A DNA stretch of 64,000 nucleotides from positions 44,488 to 108,487 of the forward strand of contig JAVBWN010000016.1 in NCBI GenBank assembly GCA_036677365.1, in the 5' to 3' direction. Source of the stretch: Acholeplasma sp. (GTDB lineage: Bacteria > Bacillota_I > Bacilli_A > Acholeplasmatales > UBA5453). A program made the translations under genes and the position numbers. This document shows, piece by piece, positions 40,723-51,138 of the stretch. The notes below the pieces were generated by a model, which saw nothing but the letters and a program-made list of their open reading frames with translations, was not told the DNA's origin and searched no databases. Positions within the stretch are counted from its first letter, which is position 1, and each line of letters opens with the position of its first letter.

Positions 40723-43002
40723 ATGTTAACCTATAGCGCAGATTACAAGAGTTTAATAGAAGCTTCTTATGAAATGAAAGAAGAAGCGAGAAATGCCGCG
40801 CTATTTACCACAGGGAATGGGTATTTTGGTATTAGAGGATCATTCGAAGAATTCGGTTCTTTGAATGTTCAAGGCGCGTACATTCGTGGATTAATCGATG
40901 AAATCATCGAAATCCCTCAAATTTATATCGATAACGTATACATGCGCAAATATTATATAAACGAGTTGGAAGCGAAACAGTTTGAAACACAAGACTCGTG
41001 CATTAATTTTGCAGATATTTTACTCTTAAGATTTAAAATAGGTGATCACGTTTTCTACCCATGGGAAGGTAAAATCGAATCATGGGTCAGATACATCGAT
41101 ACAAAAGATGGGTCTTTGGTGAGGACATTGGTTTGGAATGACTTAGAAGGTCATTTAACCAAATTATCATTTAAGCGATTTGCTTCATTTAAAGACAACC
41201 ATCACTATTTCATTCAGGCGACATTGGAAAAACTCAATCATGACTTAGATGTGGTGATTGACAGTGGTTTAGATACATTCATCAAAACCAATGGTCAAAA
41301 AAAATCCAAATTGAAATCATTTCATTATGACTTAGGACAATTTTTGTTCGGTGTTGGTGATAAATATCATTTTGAGACTGCCATTTCGATACACAATGAG
41401 GTAGATAAAGTTTCATCTACTTGGCAATATGACAATGGGTGTCATTACGAAAGAATTTACCCCAAAGCAAATAGAACCATTCAAATTACAAAATCAATCG
41501 TTGTTCATATGACACAAGATGTAATCAATAAAGACATTCTAGCGAAAATCAACCAAGAAGCCATGTTGGCAGTGAAGAACGAAACGTATGAAAACCATTA
41601 TAAGAAGCACTTGTCCGTTTATGAACAAGCATTCAATTTAATGAATGTCGAACTAGAACACCCATCCGATGATGCATTATTTAAGTATGCAAACTATCAA
41701 ACCTTAATTTCACTCGACCGCTATGATCAAGTCCATAGCGTCAGTGCGAAAAACCTGACAGGGGAAAAATATAACCAATTTGTTTGGTGGGATGCAGAAA
41801 TATTCCAGTTTCCTGTGTATTTAATGACACACCCTGAAGCCGCGAAGTCGATCCTAATGTACCGCTATAATCGTTTAGAAGAAGCGATTAAAAACGCTAA
41901 AAAAGAAGGCATCGATGGGGCACGATTTGCGTTTTGCTCGTCCGTTTTAGGCGATGAAAAGGTCTGGGCTTACGCCAGACACCCATTCATGCAAATCCAC
42001 ATCAATTCAGACATCGCCTACGCTATTTTATCCTATTATAGAGTGACAAAAGATTTAGATTTTATGGTGAATTATGGGGTAGAGATGCTTTTAGAAATAT
42101 CCAAGTACTTTATCCAAAGAGTCCGTTATAATGAAGCTCTAGATCTCTATGATTTAAATAACGTCACCGGGACCGATGAACACCACCCATACATCAATAA
42201 CAATGCCTACACCAACTTCATGGTTTCTTATGTGTTAACAGAAACAGTGGAATGGTTTAAAACAAGAGGATTAAAAGAAAAGTATGGCGTGACTAAATCA
42301 CTACTTGAAAAAATCAAACATGTTGGTCACAAGATTAAAAAGAGTATGACCAAAGATGGCTATATCCCTCAATTTGATGGGTATTTCAATTTAAAAGAAA
42401 CGTTAGAAGTCACTGGTAACGGGTCAGCGAAGAGTTTCCAAATGAAACAATCGGGCCTATACCACGAATCACAAATCATCAAACAACCCGATGTCATTAT
42501 GTTATTTACCTATATTGACATTCCACTTGGTCCAGTATCTTATGAGCGCAACTGGCAGTACTATGAAAGAATGTGTGAAGCGTCCTCTTCACTCACCTAT
42601 CCAGTTCACGCCATCGCGGCGATTGACCATCAAGAATATGACAAATTTTATGACTATTGGTATAAGAGCGTTGCGATCGATATCATAGATCATCACAAAG
42701 AAGCACATTTAGGCTTGCATGCTGCATGTATGGCAGGTGGTTGGTATGCTGTATTTAGGGGTTTGTTTGGCTTCAAACCAGCTTTAGACTACTTAGAACT
42801 TAATCCAACGTACTTTGAACGTTGGGGTAGCGTAAAAATGGCGTTTATGTATCAAGGTAAACACATTAAAGCAGAATTGACAAAGCAAAGTGTGACGATT
42901 ATTTGTAAAGAAGCTCTCGTTTTGGTATATCAACAACAAATTTATGAACACAATAAAAAAACCATCATACCATTGTTAGGTATGAGAAAGGATCATTTAT
43001 GA
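40723..43002 (+). CDS. Glycoside hydrolase family 65 disaccharide phosphorylase
   Basis: GNGYFGIRGSFEE, WDAE, HINSDIAY, GTDEHH, NNAYTN, IKQPDV; beta-PGM in the same operon. Confidence 0.9.
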   Translation: MLTYSADYKSLIEASYEMKEEARNAALFTTGNGYFGIRGSFEEFGSLNVQGAYIRGLIDEIIEIPQIYIDNVYMRKYYINELEAKQFETQDSCINFADILLLRFKIGDHVFYPWEGKIESWVRYIDTKDGSLVRTLVWNDLEGHLTKLSFKRFASFKDNHHYFIQATLEKLNHDLDVVIDSGLDTFIKTNGQKKSKLKSFHYDLGQFLFGVGDKYHFETAISIHNEVDKVSSTWQYDNGCHYERIYPKANRTIQITKSIVVHMTQDVINKDILAKINQEAMLAVKNETYENHYKKHLSVYEQAFNLMNVELEHPSDDALFKYANYQTLISLDRYDQVHSVSAKNLTGEKYNQFVWWDAEIFQFPVYLMTHPEAAKSILMYRYNRLEEAIKNAKKEGIDGARFAFCSSVLGDEKVWAYARHPFMQIHINSDIAYAILSYYRVTKDLDFMVNYGVEMLLEISKYFIQRVRYNEALDLYDLNNVTGTDEHHPYINNNAYTNFMVSYVLTETVEWFKTRGLKEKYGVTKSLLEKIKHVGHKIKKSMTKDGYIPQFDGYFNLKETLEVTGNGSAKSFQMKQSGLYHESQIIKQPDVIMLFTYIDIPLGPVSYERNWQYYERMCEASSSLTYPVHAIAAIDHQEYDKFYDYWYKSVAIDIIDHHKEAHLGLHAACMAGGWYAVFRGLFGFKPALDYLELNPTYFERWGSVKMAFMYQGKHIKAELTKQSVTIICKEALVLVYQQQIYEHNKKTIIPLLGMRKDHL

Positions 43003-44486
43003 AAAAAGTTTTGACCCTATTGGCTATCATCCTATCGGTTGTCATCGTTGCTGCTTGTAACGGTAATGGCGGTTTAGGCGAAATAAAAACCATCGTTATT
43101 GATGGTGGAGGTGATATTGGTAATTTTAACTCGACACCATTGATGACCCCTAGTGAAGCTAATCCATTCCCATATAACACACTAGAAGTATTAGCAAGAG
43201 AGTGGGAAAAGCTCAATCCGAAATATAAAATTGAAATCAATAAAACATCATCTAATGGCGATAGAGCCATTTTGGTCCCACAACTTAACAACAAAACCGC
43301 CCCAGATATTACTTATCAGAACGGGACTGTTGTCAATATGGACTTAGGAAAAGACTATTATGTCGTTTTAAATGAGTATTTGAATAAACCAAACAAGTAT
43401 GTATCAGGCAATAAGGCATGGAAAGATTTATACATACCTGAAGAACTAGCACAAAATATGGCTTCAGATGGCAATTATTACACCATAACACTGGAAAAAG
43501 TACCTGTAGGTATCATGTACAATAAAGCAATACTCGCAGAAGCAGGTATCACAAAAATCCCATCAACCTATGCTGAATTTTTACAGGCATTGAGTGATAT
43601 AAAGACAAAAACAACCAAAGAAGCTTATACAACGACTTACACTTGGTATGATATCGTCCTTGAATCCACAATGTTCTCTGACATATTACCACTCGCCGAT
43701 GTCTTAACTGTCAACGGGAAAGTCGATACAGAAGAATTTGTCAGAGCTTATGAAAAAGGTATTTGGAATCCAACATTGAATGCCCTTGGATCAGGTGCTA
43801 CGCTCGTAGATAACCGTTATTATGAGTATATTAAAGTAACTAAAATGAAAACAGAATTCTATCCACAAAATTGGCAAAGTTATGATGCGCATACCAATTT
43901 CGTCAATGGTAACCTCGCGATGGTTGAAGTAACCGGTAGAGAAATTCGTAAACTTTCCATCAACAAAAACATCAATTTTGAATGGGGCGTTATGCCGTAT
44001 CCAGATTTGACGACAGCAACAACACCTTACGCTTATGCACCATCCATTCGTGGCGTAGCCGGGTTGGCGACACCATGGTTTATTACCAATGCTGCTGTAG
44101 AAAAAGGCACAGTAGAAGGTGCAGTTGACTTTTTAATGTTCCTAACAGCACCACAAAATAACAATCGTTTGATTGGTGACCTAAAAGGTGGCATTCCACT
44201 CAATCCCAATTCAGAAACAGCAATAGCCCCTTATTTGCAAGAATTATTGGAGATTTACACCCAAGATAAAGCAACCGTATCCACAGGCAATCGCGTTTAT
44301 TGGGGATCAGTAAACTCATGGGCAATGTTAGGTTATGCCTATAATACAGCATTTATCAAGAGTTTACAGGACATCGATAATGGTGTCAAAACCGAAGAAG
44401 AGGTTGCCAAATCATTGGCACAAACCATACGTAATACGATACAAGCATTAAAGATTGAAAATCAATACGACGAGTCGAAATGGTGA
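42999..44486 (+). CDS. Sugar ABC transporter substrate-binding lipoprotein
   Basis: Lipobox VAAC; GIMYNK, WGVMPYP; precedes two permeases. Confidence 0.85.
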   Translation: MKKVLTLLAIILSVVIVAACNGNGGLGEIKTIVIDGGGDIGNFNSTPLMTPSEANPFPYNTLEVLAREWEKLNPKYKIEINKTSSNGDRAILVPQLNNKTAPDITYQNGTVVNMDLGKDYYVVLNEYLNKPNKYVSGNKAWKDLYIPEELAQNMASDGNYYTITLEKVPVGIMYNKAILAEAGITKIPSTYAEFLQALSDIKTKTTKEAYTTTYTWYDIVLESTMFSDILPLADVLTVNGKVDTEEFVRAYEKGIWNPTLNALGSGATLVDNRYYEYIKVTKMKTEFYPQNWQSYDAHTNFVNGNLAMVEVTGREIRKLSINKNINFEWGVMPYPDLTTATTPYAYAPSIRGVAGLATPWFITNAAVEKGTVEGAVDFLMFLTAPQNNNRLIGDLKGGIPLNPNSETAIAPYLQELLEIYTQDKATVSTGNRVYWGSVNSWAMLGYAYNTAFIKSLQDIDNGVKTEEEVAKSLAQTIRNTIQALKIENQYDESKW

Positions 44487-45385
44487 AGATTATGAAGAAA
44501 AATCAGCAAAAAACAAAATTTCAATATAAAGCATTTATTTGGCTTTCACCGGCCATTTTGTTATTGCTGATTTTCTCATATTATCCACCGATTCGCACAT
44601 TGATGTTTTCATTTACGGACGCTAACGGGGCAGGCATTGGAAAATTTGTGTTTTTAGATAATTTCATTGAACTATTTTCATCTCAGGTTTTTTATAGAAG
44701 CTTAATCAACGTCATTATATTCATCTCGGTTGGCATGTTTGTCGGTAATATTGCAACCATCTTATTGGCTGAATTACTGTATAACTTGAAAAGTCGATTC
44801 GCCAGTGCATTTTATCGGTTTTTATTCATCATACCTGTCCTTGTGCCTGCTGTTGTCATCATTTTAATCTGGCAATACATCGTTTTTGCGGGTGGAGACT
44901 CAGGGATTGCAAATAGAATTATGGGATTTTTTGGCGGAGATAACCAAAATTGGTATTTTGATCCAAAACTTGCACCTGTGGCTATTTTATTAACAGCATT
45001 TCCGTGGGTAGCAGGGACTTCATTTTTGATATATTTAGCCGGCTTACAAAATATTTCAAGTGGAGTAATTGAAGCGTCCAAACTAGATGGTGCGAATATG
45101 ATTCAAAGAATTATTCGAATTGATCTACCCTTACTCAAAGGACAAATCAAGTATTTTGTGGTTATGGGCATCATCGGTGGTTTACAAAATATCAACCTAC
45201 AAGTATTGGTGACAGGCAGTGGACCCGGTACATCTAACGCCACCAACGTACCAGCGTTCATGCTTTTCGAAGAAGCATTTACATATGACCGTTATGGTTA
45301 TGCATCTGCGATTGGAATAGTCATATTTTTAATGACCCTTGCTTTTACTATTTTTAACATGAAAAAGCTGAAAGGAAATGACTGA
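44480..45385 (+). CDS. Sugar ABC transporter permease
   Basis: YLAGLQNI..EASKLDGA (EAA loop), YGYASA. Confidence 0.92.
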   Translation: MVKIMKKNQQKTKFQYKAFIWLSPAILLLLIFSYYPPIRTLMFSFTDANGAGIGKFVFLDNFIELFSSQVFYRSLINVIIFISVGMFVGNIATILLAELLYNLKSRFASAFYRFLFIIPVLVPAVVIILIWQYIVFAGGDSGIANRIMGFFGGDNQNWYFDPKLAPVAILLTAFPWVAGTSFLIYLAGLQNISSGVIEASKLDGANMIQRIIRIDLPLLKGQIKYFVVMGIIGGLQNINLQVLVTGSGPGTSNATNVPAFMLFEEAFTYDRYGYASAIGIVIFLMTLAFTIFNMKKLKGND

Positions 45386-46232
45386 TATGAGATTACTCAA
45401 ATTTTTACGTAAAAACTATGTTGAAGTCATCATTACAACGATAGTCATGGTGCTGCTATTGCTATCCTTTTATCCGTTATACATGTTGGTCATTAAAAGT
45501 TTTAAGACCATTTCAGACGACCAATCCAACCCTTTCGGTCTACCGGTTGTATGGAGTTTAGAAAACTATGAATATGCGTGGATTGTTATCAAACCATACT
45601 TATTTAACTCACTGTTTGTAACGACAATCCAAACCCTCGGTATCGTTACAGTGGGGTCATTTACTGCCTTCGCTTTCGTCCGATTTAATTTTCCATATAA
45701 AAACACAATTTTCTATATGATCATTGCATTACTCATGATGCCGGGTATCGTCACTTTGACAAGCCAATATGAACTCGTTAATAAATTAGGACTGGTAAAT
45801 TCCCATTGGGGTGTTATCTTACCAGCAATTTCGGGGTCTATTCCATTCGCCACTTTTCTCTTAAGAACATCTTTTTCAGGGGTATCCACAGAGTTATTAG
45901 ATGCCGCAACCATCGATGGGGCTACTGATTTTCAGGTGTATTACAATGTGATGTTACCAATTTCTAAACCCATCATTTGGACTTTAGTAATTACCTCTTT
46001 TATCGGGGGATGGAACGATTATTTATGGCCATCCTTGGTTTTATTAGATGAAAAACTCCACACCTTACCCATCGCCCTAGTCAATTTCACCACCTCTTAT
46101 TACGGAATGACTGGCGGTTATGGGGCACCTTTCGCAGCTTATGTTATTAGTAGTTTACCGCTACTCATTGTGTTCTTAATGGCTTCAAAACAATTTATTG
46201 CCGGTCTTACCAGTGGCAGTATCAAGATGTAA
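45378..46232 (+). CDS. Sugar ABC transporter permease
   Basis: ELLDAATIDGA, WNDYLWP, QFIAGLTSGSIK. Confidence 0.92.
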   Translation: MTDMRLLKFLRKNYVEVIITTIVMVLLLLSFYPLYMLVIKSFKTISDDQSNPFGLPVVWSLENYEYAWIVIKPYLFNSLFVTTIQTLGIVTVGSFTAFAFVRFNFPYKNTIFYMIIALLMMPGIVTLTSQYELVNKLGLVNSHWGVILPAISGSIPFATFLLRTSFSGVSTELLDAATIDGATDFQVYYNVMLPISKPIIWTLVITSFIGGWNDYLWPSLVLLDEKLHTLPIALVNFTTSYYGMTGGYGAPFAAYVISSLPLLIVFLMASKQFIAGLTSGSIKM

Positions 46233-46243
46233 AGGAGAAACAA

Positions 46244-47218
46244 ATGAAAAAGATTCTATTGGTTCTAAGTTTTTTAGGGATATTTTCTATACTTACCGCA
46301 TGTGATAACAAAAAACCTACACCAGAAAGTAAAGTCATTGAACTTATTCAAGATAATCTATTCAAGAATGGTTTCGTCATCTCTCCCGCAGATAACGAAC
46401 CTCAACCAGACAATAGATACCCACTTGATTACAACTTAACTTATGGCACACCCGATGGACAAATCGCTTGGTTATTGGGTCAAGCAGGTAATCGATTTGG
46501 ACTAGCAGATGATTATGCATTGTTGGGAAAAGAAGTTGCATACTCAAACGGATATTATACGATTGAAGATACATCCAAACAATTGATTATCAATCCGGAA
46601 ACGGGTGAAATCACGTTTGTCTTGAATACATCCAAAGAATATTTAAAGCCTCGTGAGGCGAAAGAAGCATGGCCACATTTACTCATTCAACAAGGGTTAT
46701 CACAAAACATTTCGGTGAGTGATGTTGAAAGTATTGTTTTGAGTATGTCCATTCAACTCAATAGTCTCATCAATCATATGTCGAATGAAGAATACAATCC
46801 ATCCTTACATACCGCTCAATTTTTGATGTATATCGTTGTTCGTAGCAATGCAGCAGCGGATGCGGGTGAATATATGTGGTTCGGAATTCCCTTTTTTGAT
46901 GCGCGATACCCACTCATGCAAGAAAATGGGATGATTGATGCAGGGACCTCAGGCAATACTGGGAAATTCATTTATCAGATGCCACAAATTGATTTTATGC
47001 CAAATGGATTACAAGTCGGTGTCAACAACCAGATCAATGTGGATTTAATTCCTTATTTTGCGAGAGCATTAATGCTTGCAAAAGAAAAAGGCGCATTATT
47101 GAACACCACGGTTGACGATTTATATTTAACCAACATGAATATTGGCTATGAAATTCCGGGTACTTATGATGTGTCGATTACAATTCAAAATTTCTCATTG
47201 AAAGCGACTAAAAAATAA
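46244..47218 (+). CDS. Lipoprotein of the same unknown family (paralogue 3)
   Basis: Lipobox LTAC; WPHLLIQQ, HTAQFL, WFGIPFFDAR, MNIGYEIPGTYDV. Confidence 0.8.
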   Translation: MKKILLVLSFLGIFSILTACDNKKPTPESKVIELIQDNLFKNGFVISPADNEPQPDNRYPLDYNLTYGTPDGQIAWLLGQAGNRFGLADDYALLGKEVAYSNGYYTIEDTSKQLIINPETGEITFVLNTSKEYLKPREAKEAWPHLLIQQGLSQNISVSDVESIVLSMSIQLNSLINHMSNEEYNPSLHTAQFLMYIVVRSNAAADAGEYMWFGIPFFDARYPLMQENGMIDAGTSGNTGKFIYQMPQIDFMPNGLQVGVNNQINVDLIPYFARALMLAKEKGALLNTTVDDLYLTNMNIGYEIPGTYDVSITIQNFSLKATKK

Positions 47219-47219
47219 A

Positions 47220-47864
47220 ATGATAAAGGGCATCATATTCGATTTAGACGGGGTCATCGTATCCACCGATGACCTTCATTTTATGGCGTGGAAAAAAATA
47301 GCATCCCAAGAAGGTATTGTATTTGATCGAACCATCAATCACCAATTACGAGGTGTATCTCGAATGGAATCTCTAGAGATTATCCTATCGAAATCCAATA
47401 AAAAATATACAATGGATGAAAAATTAGCACTAGCAAAAATTAAGAATGATTACTATGTTACATTACTGGATCAATTATCTCAAAAAGACATTCTTCCAGG
47501 CGTCACACATCTTTTGGACTGGTTAAAGCAAACCCAAATCAAAACAGCCATTGGATCATCAAGTAAAAATGCAAAAACGATACTGAGAAAAATCGGATTA
47601 TATGAGATGTTTGATCATATCACCGATGGTAATGATATCTTACACAGCAAACCCAATCCAGAAGTGTTTTTAAAAGCCGCGCATGCGCTTGGTTTAGAGA
47701 ATAGTCTTTGTGCTGTGGTGGAAGACGCTGAAGCAGGTATAGAGGCCGCTAAAGCAGCGGGTATGTATGCTTTCGGCATAGGACCAGCCAGTACCTATCA
47801 TAAAACAGACTGTCCATTAACATTCATCGACGAAATTAAACAAACCCTAAAAATACAAATGTAG
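47220..47864 (+). CDS. pgmB: Beta-phosphoglucomutase
   Basis: FDLDGVI, RGVSRMESL, SSSKNA, KPNPEVF, VEDAEAG. Confidence 0.92.
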   Translation: MIKGIIFDLDGVIVSTDDLHFMAWKKIASQEGIVFDRTINHQLRGVSRMESLEIILSKSNKKYTMDEKLALAKIKNDYYVTLLDQLSQKDILPGVTHLLDWLKQTQIKTAIGSSSKNAKTILRKIGLYEMFDHITDGNDILHSKPNPEVFLKAAHALGLENSLCAVVEDAEAGIEAAKAAGMYAFGIGPASTYHKTDCPLTFIDEIKQTLKIQM

Positions 47865-47865
47865 A

Positions 47866-47893
47866 AGATTGTCAGCAATTGATAATCTTTTTT
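47866..47893 (+). terminator. Terminator of the rhamnose operon
   Basis: AAGATTGTCA-GCAA-TTGATAATCTT followed by Ts. Confidence 0.65.
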
Positions 47894-47930
47894 GTTTTCT
47901 GGGTATATAATAACCTCAGGTGGTGATACT

Positions 47931-48845
47931 ATGAAACTCATCGATTATCTTATGGGAAGTGACTCATCCATTCAATCCCTCGCGTCTAAACATCTATTGA
48001 ATAAAGAAATCAAAGTCAGAAACAGCGAAATCATTGAATCCTATTTAAGTCACTTTGATCATAAAACCTATCAATTTGGTGAAGGTATATATTCACCAAA
48101 ATGGATATCCACCTTCTATACCTTAAGAGACCTTGCACAATTCAACATCGATGATCAGAACCCAATATTTCAAAAGTGTATCGATACACTCTTGAGTCAT
48201 CTGTGGAACAAAGACGCCTTCATCGAAGACGATATCTGTGTCGTCGCGATGCTTGTCAGTCTGTGTACGTATGCAAGAAGAGACACAGGTATCATTGATT
48301 CGATTATGGATTATTTGATACAAACCCATCAAACTGAAGATGGTGGTTGGAACTGTGCTTGTACCAGGCATGATACCAAGAAGAGTTCAATTAATACCAC
48401 GCTATCCGTATTAGAAGCTTTTAGGGATTATGAATATTATGGTTACACCAATAAGCTACAAACCATAAAACCATTGAATCAATCAGGTATTGAATATCTA
48501 TTAAGGAAGAAACTCTACTTAAGAGAAACCACTCAAACACCGATATTCAAATACATCCAAGATATTCATTTCCCCATCCATTGGCAATACGATATTTATC
48601 GTGCATTAGACTATTTCGCATCCATCAAATACCCATATGACCCAAGGATGGAACAAGCCTTAAACATCTTCAAACAATCCTTTAAGAATGGGTTGTTACC
48701 AAGAGGGAAAACATTCTCAGGTAAAACACACTTTAGATTAATAACGGAGGATGTGGTTAAAATCAACACCATCCGAGGTTTAAGCGTATTAAAAGTGTAT
48801 GATCAAAATATGTATCAAGCACTTATGCAAACAACTATCGACTAA
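47931..48845 (+). CDS. Hypothetical protein, prenyltransferase/squalene-oxidase repeat-like
   Basis: YSPKWIST, QTEDGGWNC, FPIHWQYD, DPRM. Confidence 0.6.
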   Translation: MKLIDYLMGSDSSIQSLASKHLLNKEIKVRNSEIIESYLSHFDHKTYQFGEGIYSPKWISTFYTLRDLAQFNIDDQNPIFQKCIDTLLSHLWNKDAFIEDDICVVAMLVSLCTYARRDTGIIDSIMDYLIQTHQTEDGGWNCACTRHDTKKSSINTTLSVLEAFRDYEYYGYTNKLQTIKPLNQSGIEYLLRKKLYLRETTQTPIFKYIQDIHFPIHWQYDIYRALDYFASIKYPYDPRMEQALNIFKQSFKNGLLPRGKTFSGKTHFRLITEDVVKINTIRGLSVLKVYDQNMYQALMQTTID

Positions 48846-48869
48846 CTCATCCGAACTGGATGAGTTTTT
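48845..48869 (+). terminator. Intrinsic terminator
   Basis: AACTCATCC-GAACT-GGATGAGTTTTT. Confidence 0.7.
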
Positions 48870-49063
48870 ATCTGGTTTTTATAAAAATAATGAGTACACA
48901 TGATTTTAAGATACAAGTTTACTCATAAATTAGGAAAACAATCTTTTTATTGGACCTAATAGTGAAAAATAGCGCTTTATGGGCATTCAATCATTTGTGA
49001 AAGTATGCTTAACAATACCTTGTGATATAATATAAAAAACCAACCCATGATGAGGTATATCAA

Positions 49064-50116
49064 ATGAATCATTTATTCAAAGAGATGTGTAAAAACGACG
49101 GACTCAGACAACGCTTTATGATTGCGATATCATCGGTTCAAGTCATATTTTCTATCATCGTAATGCTTATCCTCAATATTCAACCTATTTTGTGGGTGAA
49201 TATTGGCGGATTGATTGCGTTATTTTTCAGTTTTTATGTCATTAAGAAAAGAAGAACTTATTTGTTGTATGCAGCATTTACCATATATGCTGCAGGATCG
49301 ATTCTTTTAACCACGTTGTATCTAGAAGAAGGCTATGGTTTCGTTTATTACCTAATCATGATCATCCCTTTTGGGTTTGTAATACTGTATGACGTCATCA
49401 CATTCAATAAAGTTGTCATCAGTACACTCTTAGGTACCACCATTACCATCATCAGTTATGCATTATATCAACTGTTATTAGATATAAACCAACCTGTTTC
49501 CATTGGGGGTCACTTTTTCCAGGAAATTGTTCTATTCATCAATATTTTCTTGATTATGGTCATTCTGTTTGTTTTCTTCTTGATGTTCTCATTTCGATTG
49601 GAATGTTCTAAAGAACGAGAAAAACAAATGCGTGACCAATTAACCTATGAAGCCAATCACGATAAACTGACTGGTTTATACAACCGAAAGTTTATCGATG
49701 TGCTTTTAGATAAAATTCAAGTTTCATCCTTAGAAACGTATTTATTATTAGCAGACCTCAATGGATTCAAAAAGATTAACGATACCTATGGACACCAAAT
49801 GGGTGATCAAGTATTGATCGATGTAGCCCAAATCATTCAAAAACACCTACAATCCGATTGTTATGCGCTTAGGTGGGGTGGCGAAGAATTTATCATCGTA
49901 TGTATGAATCAAACGATAGATTTTGTGAATGATTATGTTGTAAGGTTAAAAAAAGACATCGAAGCCATCCATTATGAATCATACCCACAATTAAATATAT
50001 CGATTGCAGTGGGGATATCGAAACATGACCCAAATAAAACCATCGATATCACCATCCAAATGGCAGATCAACGGATGTATGAGGATAAAACAAAGTATAA
50101 ATCAACCCATAAGTAA
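49064..50116 (+). CDS. Membrane-bound diguanylate cyclase (GGDEF domain)
   Basis: About six TM segments; DKLTGLYNR, FKKINDTYGH, RWGGEEF, ADQRMY. Confidence 0.9.
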   Translation: MNHLFKEMCKNDGLRQRFMIAISSVQVIFSIIVMLILNIQPILWVNIGGLIALFFSFYVIKKRRTYLLYAAFTIYAAGSILLTTLYLEEGYGFVYYLIMIIPFGFVILYDVITFNKVVISTLLGTTITIISYALYQLLLDINQPVSIGGHFFQEIVLFINIFLIMVILFVFFLMFSFRLECSKEREKQMRDQLTYEANHDKLTGLYNRKFIDVLLDKIQVSSLETYLLLADLNGFKKINDTYGHQMGDQVLIDVAQIIQKHLQSDCYALRWGGEEFIIVCMNQTIDFVNDYVVRLKKDIEAIHYESYPQLNISIAVGISKHDPNKTIDITIQMADQRMYEDKTKYKSTHK

Positions 50117-50124
50117 AAACGATA

Positions 50125-50169
50125 AAAAGCTGTGATGGTCAGACATGAATCTGTATCATCACAGCTTTT
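50125..50169. terminator. Hairpin terminator
   Basis: AAAAGCTGTGATG...CATCACAGCTTTT. Confidence 0.75.
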
Positions 50170-50453
50170 CAATTAGCTTTTAGACATATTTTCCACAAAT
50201 TTCTCGAACTGAGCATTTTATTCAAGCAATTTTAAATAAATCCGGAAAATTTTTCTATCAATGAAATCTTATTTTGGTCAGAATATTTTTTTGATAAGAC
50301 AAATTCAAAAATGAGGTTTTAAACACCTAAAATGCTAGAATTCTATCAAAAACTATGATCGATGTGAAAATATCTATATTCTTTTCCGAAAAATCTTTGA
50401 AATGTTATAATTAGATTAATGAACTATAATAACAACCATAAATGAGGTACACC

Positions 50454-51014
50454 ATGAAAGAAACAGAAAAAAGGATTCTACAAGCCGCAACCAAACTATT
50501 TTCTGAACAAGGTTATGCGAATACATCCACGAAGAAAATAGCGGATGCTGCAGGGGTGAATGAACTCACCATATTCAGACAATTCAAAAGCAAAAGTAAT
50601 CTCTTACAAGCCGTCATTCACCACCACGCATTTGAAGGGTATATCGTAGATAAAATCTCCAAAGAAGTGACGTATGATGTGAAAAAAGACATTGAAATAT
50701 TTACCCACACCTATTACATGTTTTTAAAGAACAACATTAAGATGTATCTAATTCAGGTTAGAGAAACAGACGACACCTCGAAACGTTTTACCAACACCAT
50801 CGAGTATACAGCCTTCATGAAAAAATACTTCCAACAGAAAAAAGAGGAAGGCACATTCATTGGGGATCCGAACTTAGTCGCCACATCGATTGTTTCGATG
50901 GTGATGGGGATATTTACACTTAAAGTATATGCCCCAGAAATATATCATGATACAGACTATCATGATTTGATGAACATCTTCATCGAGAATTTGATCAAAT
51001 TATATACCAAATAA
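50454..51014 (+). CDS. TetR/AcrR family regulator
   Basis: ILQAATKLFSEQGY, TSTKKIADAAGVNELTIFRQFKSK. Confidence 0.92.
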   Translation: MKETEKRILQAATKLFSEQGYANTSTKKIADAAGVNELTIFRQFKSKSNLLQAVIHHHAFEGYIVDKISKEVTYDVKKDIEIFTHTYYMFLKNNIKMYLIQVRETDDTSKRFTNTIEYTAFMKKYFQQKKEEGTFIGDPNLVATSIVSMVMGIFTLKVYAPEIYHDTDYHDLMNIFIENLIKLYTK

Positions 51015-51056
51015 TGAGGTTGCCAATGGGCAACTTTTATTTTTATAAATTTTGCA

Positions 51057-51112
51057 TGAAAGCGCTTGATTTATCCTGACCTCATTTGTATAATGTAAGT
51101 AAGTGCTTACAT
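51057..51112 (+). promoter_or_regulatory. ato operon promoter with cre-like site and TetR-type palindrome
   Basis: TGAAAGCGCTTGAT (51057) overlaps -35 TTGATT; 17 bp; TATAAT (51089); ATGTAAGTAAGTGCTTACAT (51093-51112). Confidence 0.7.
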
Positions 51113-51138
51113 GTATTATGAAGAAAGGAAGGTATGTA

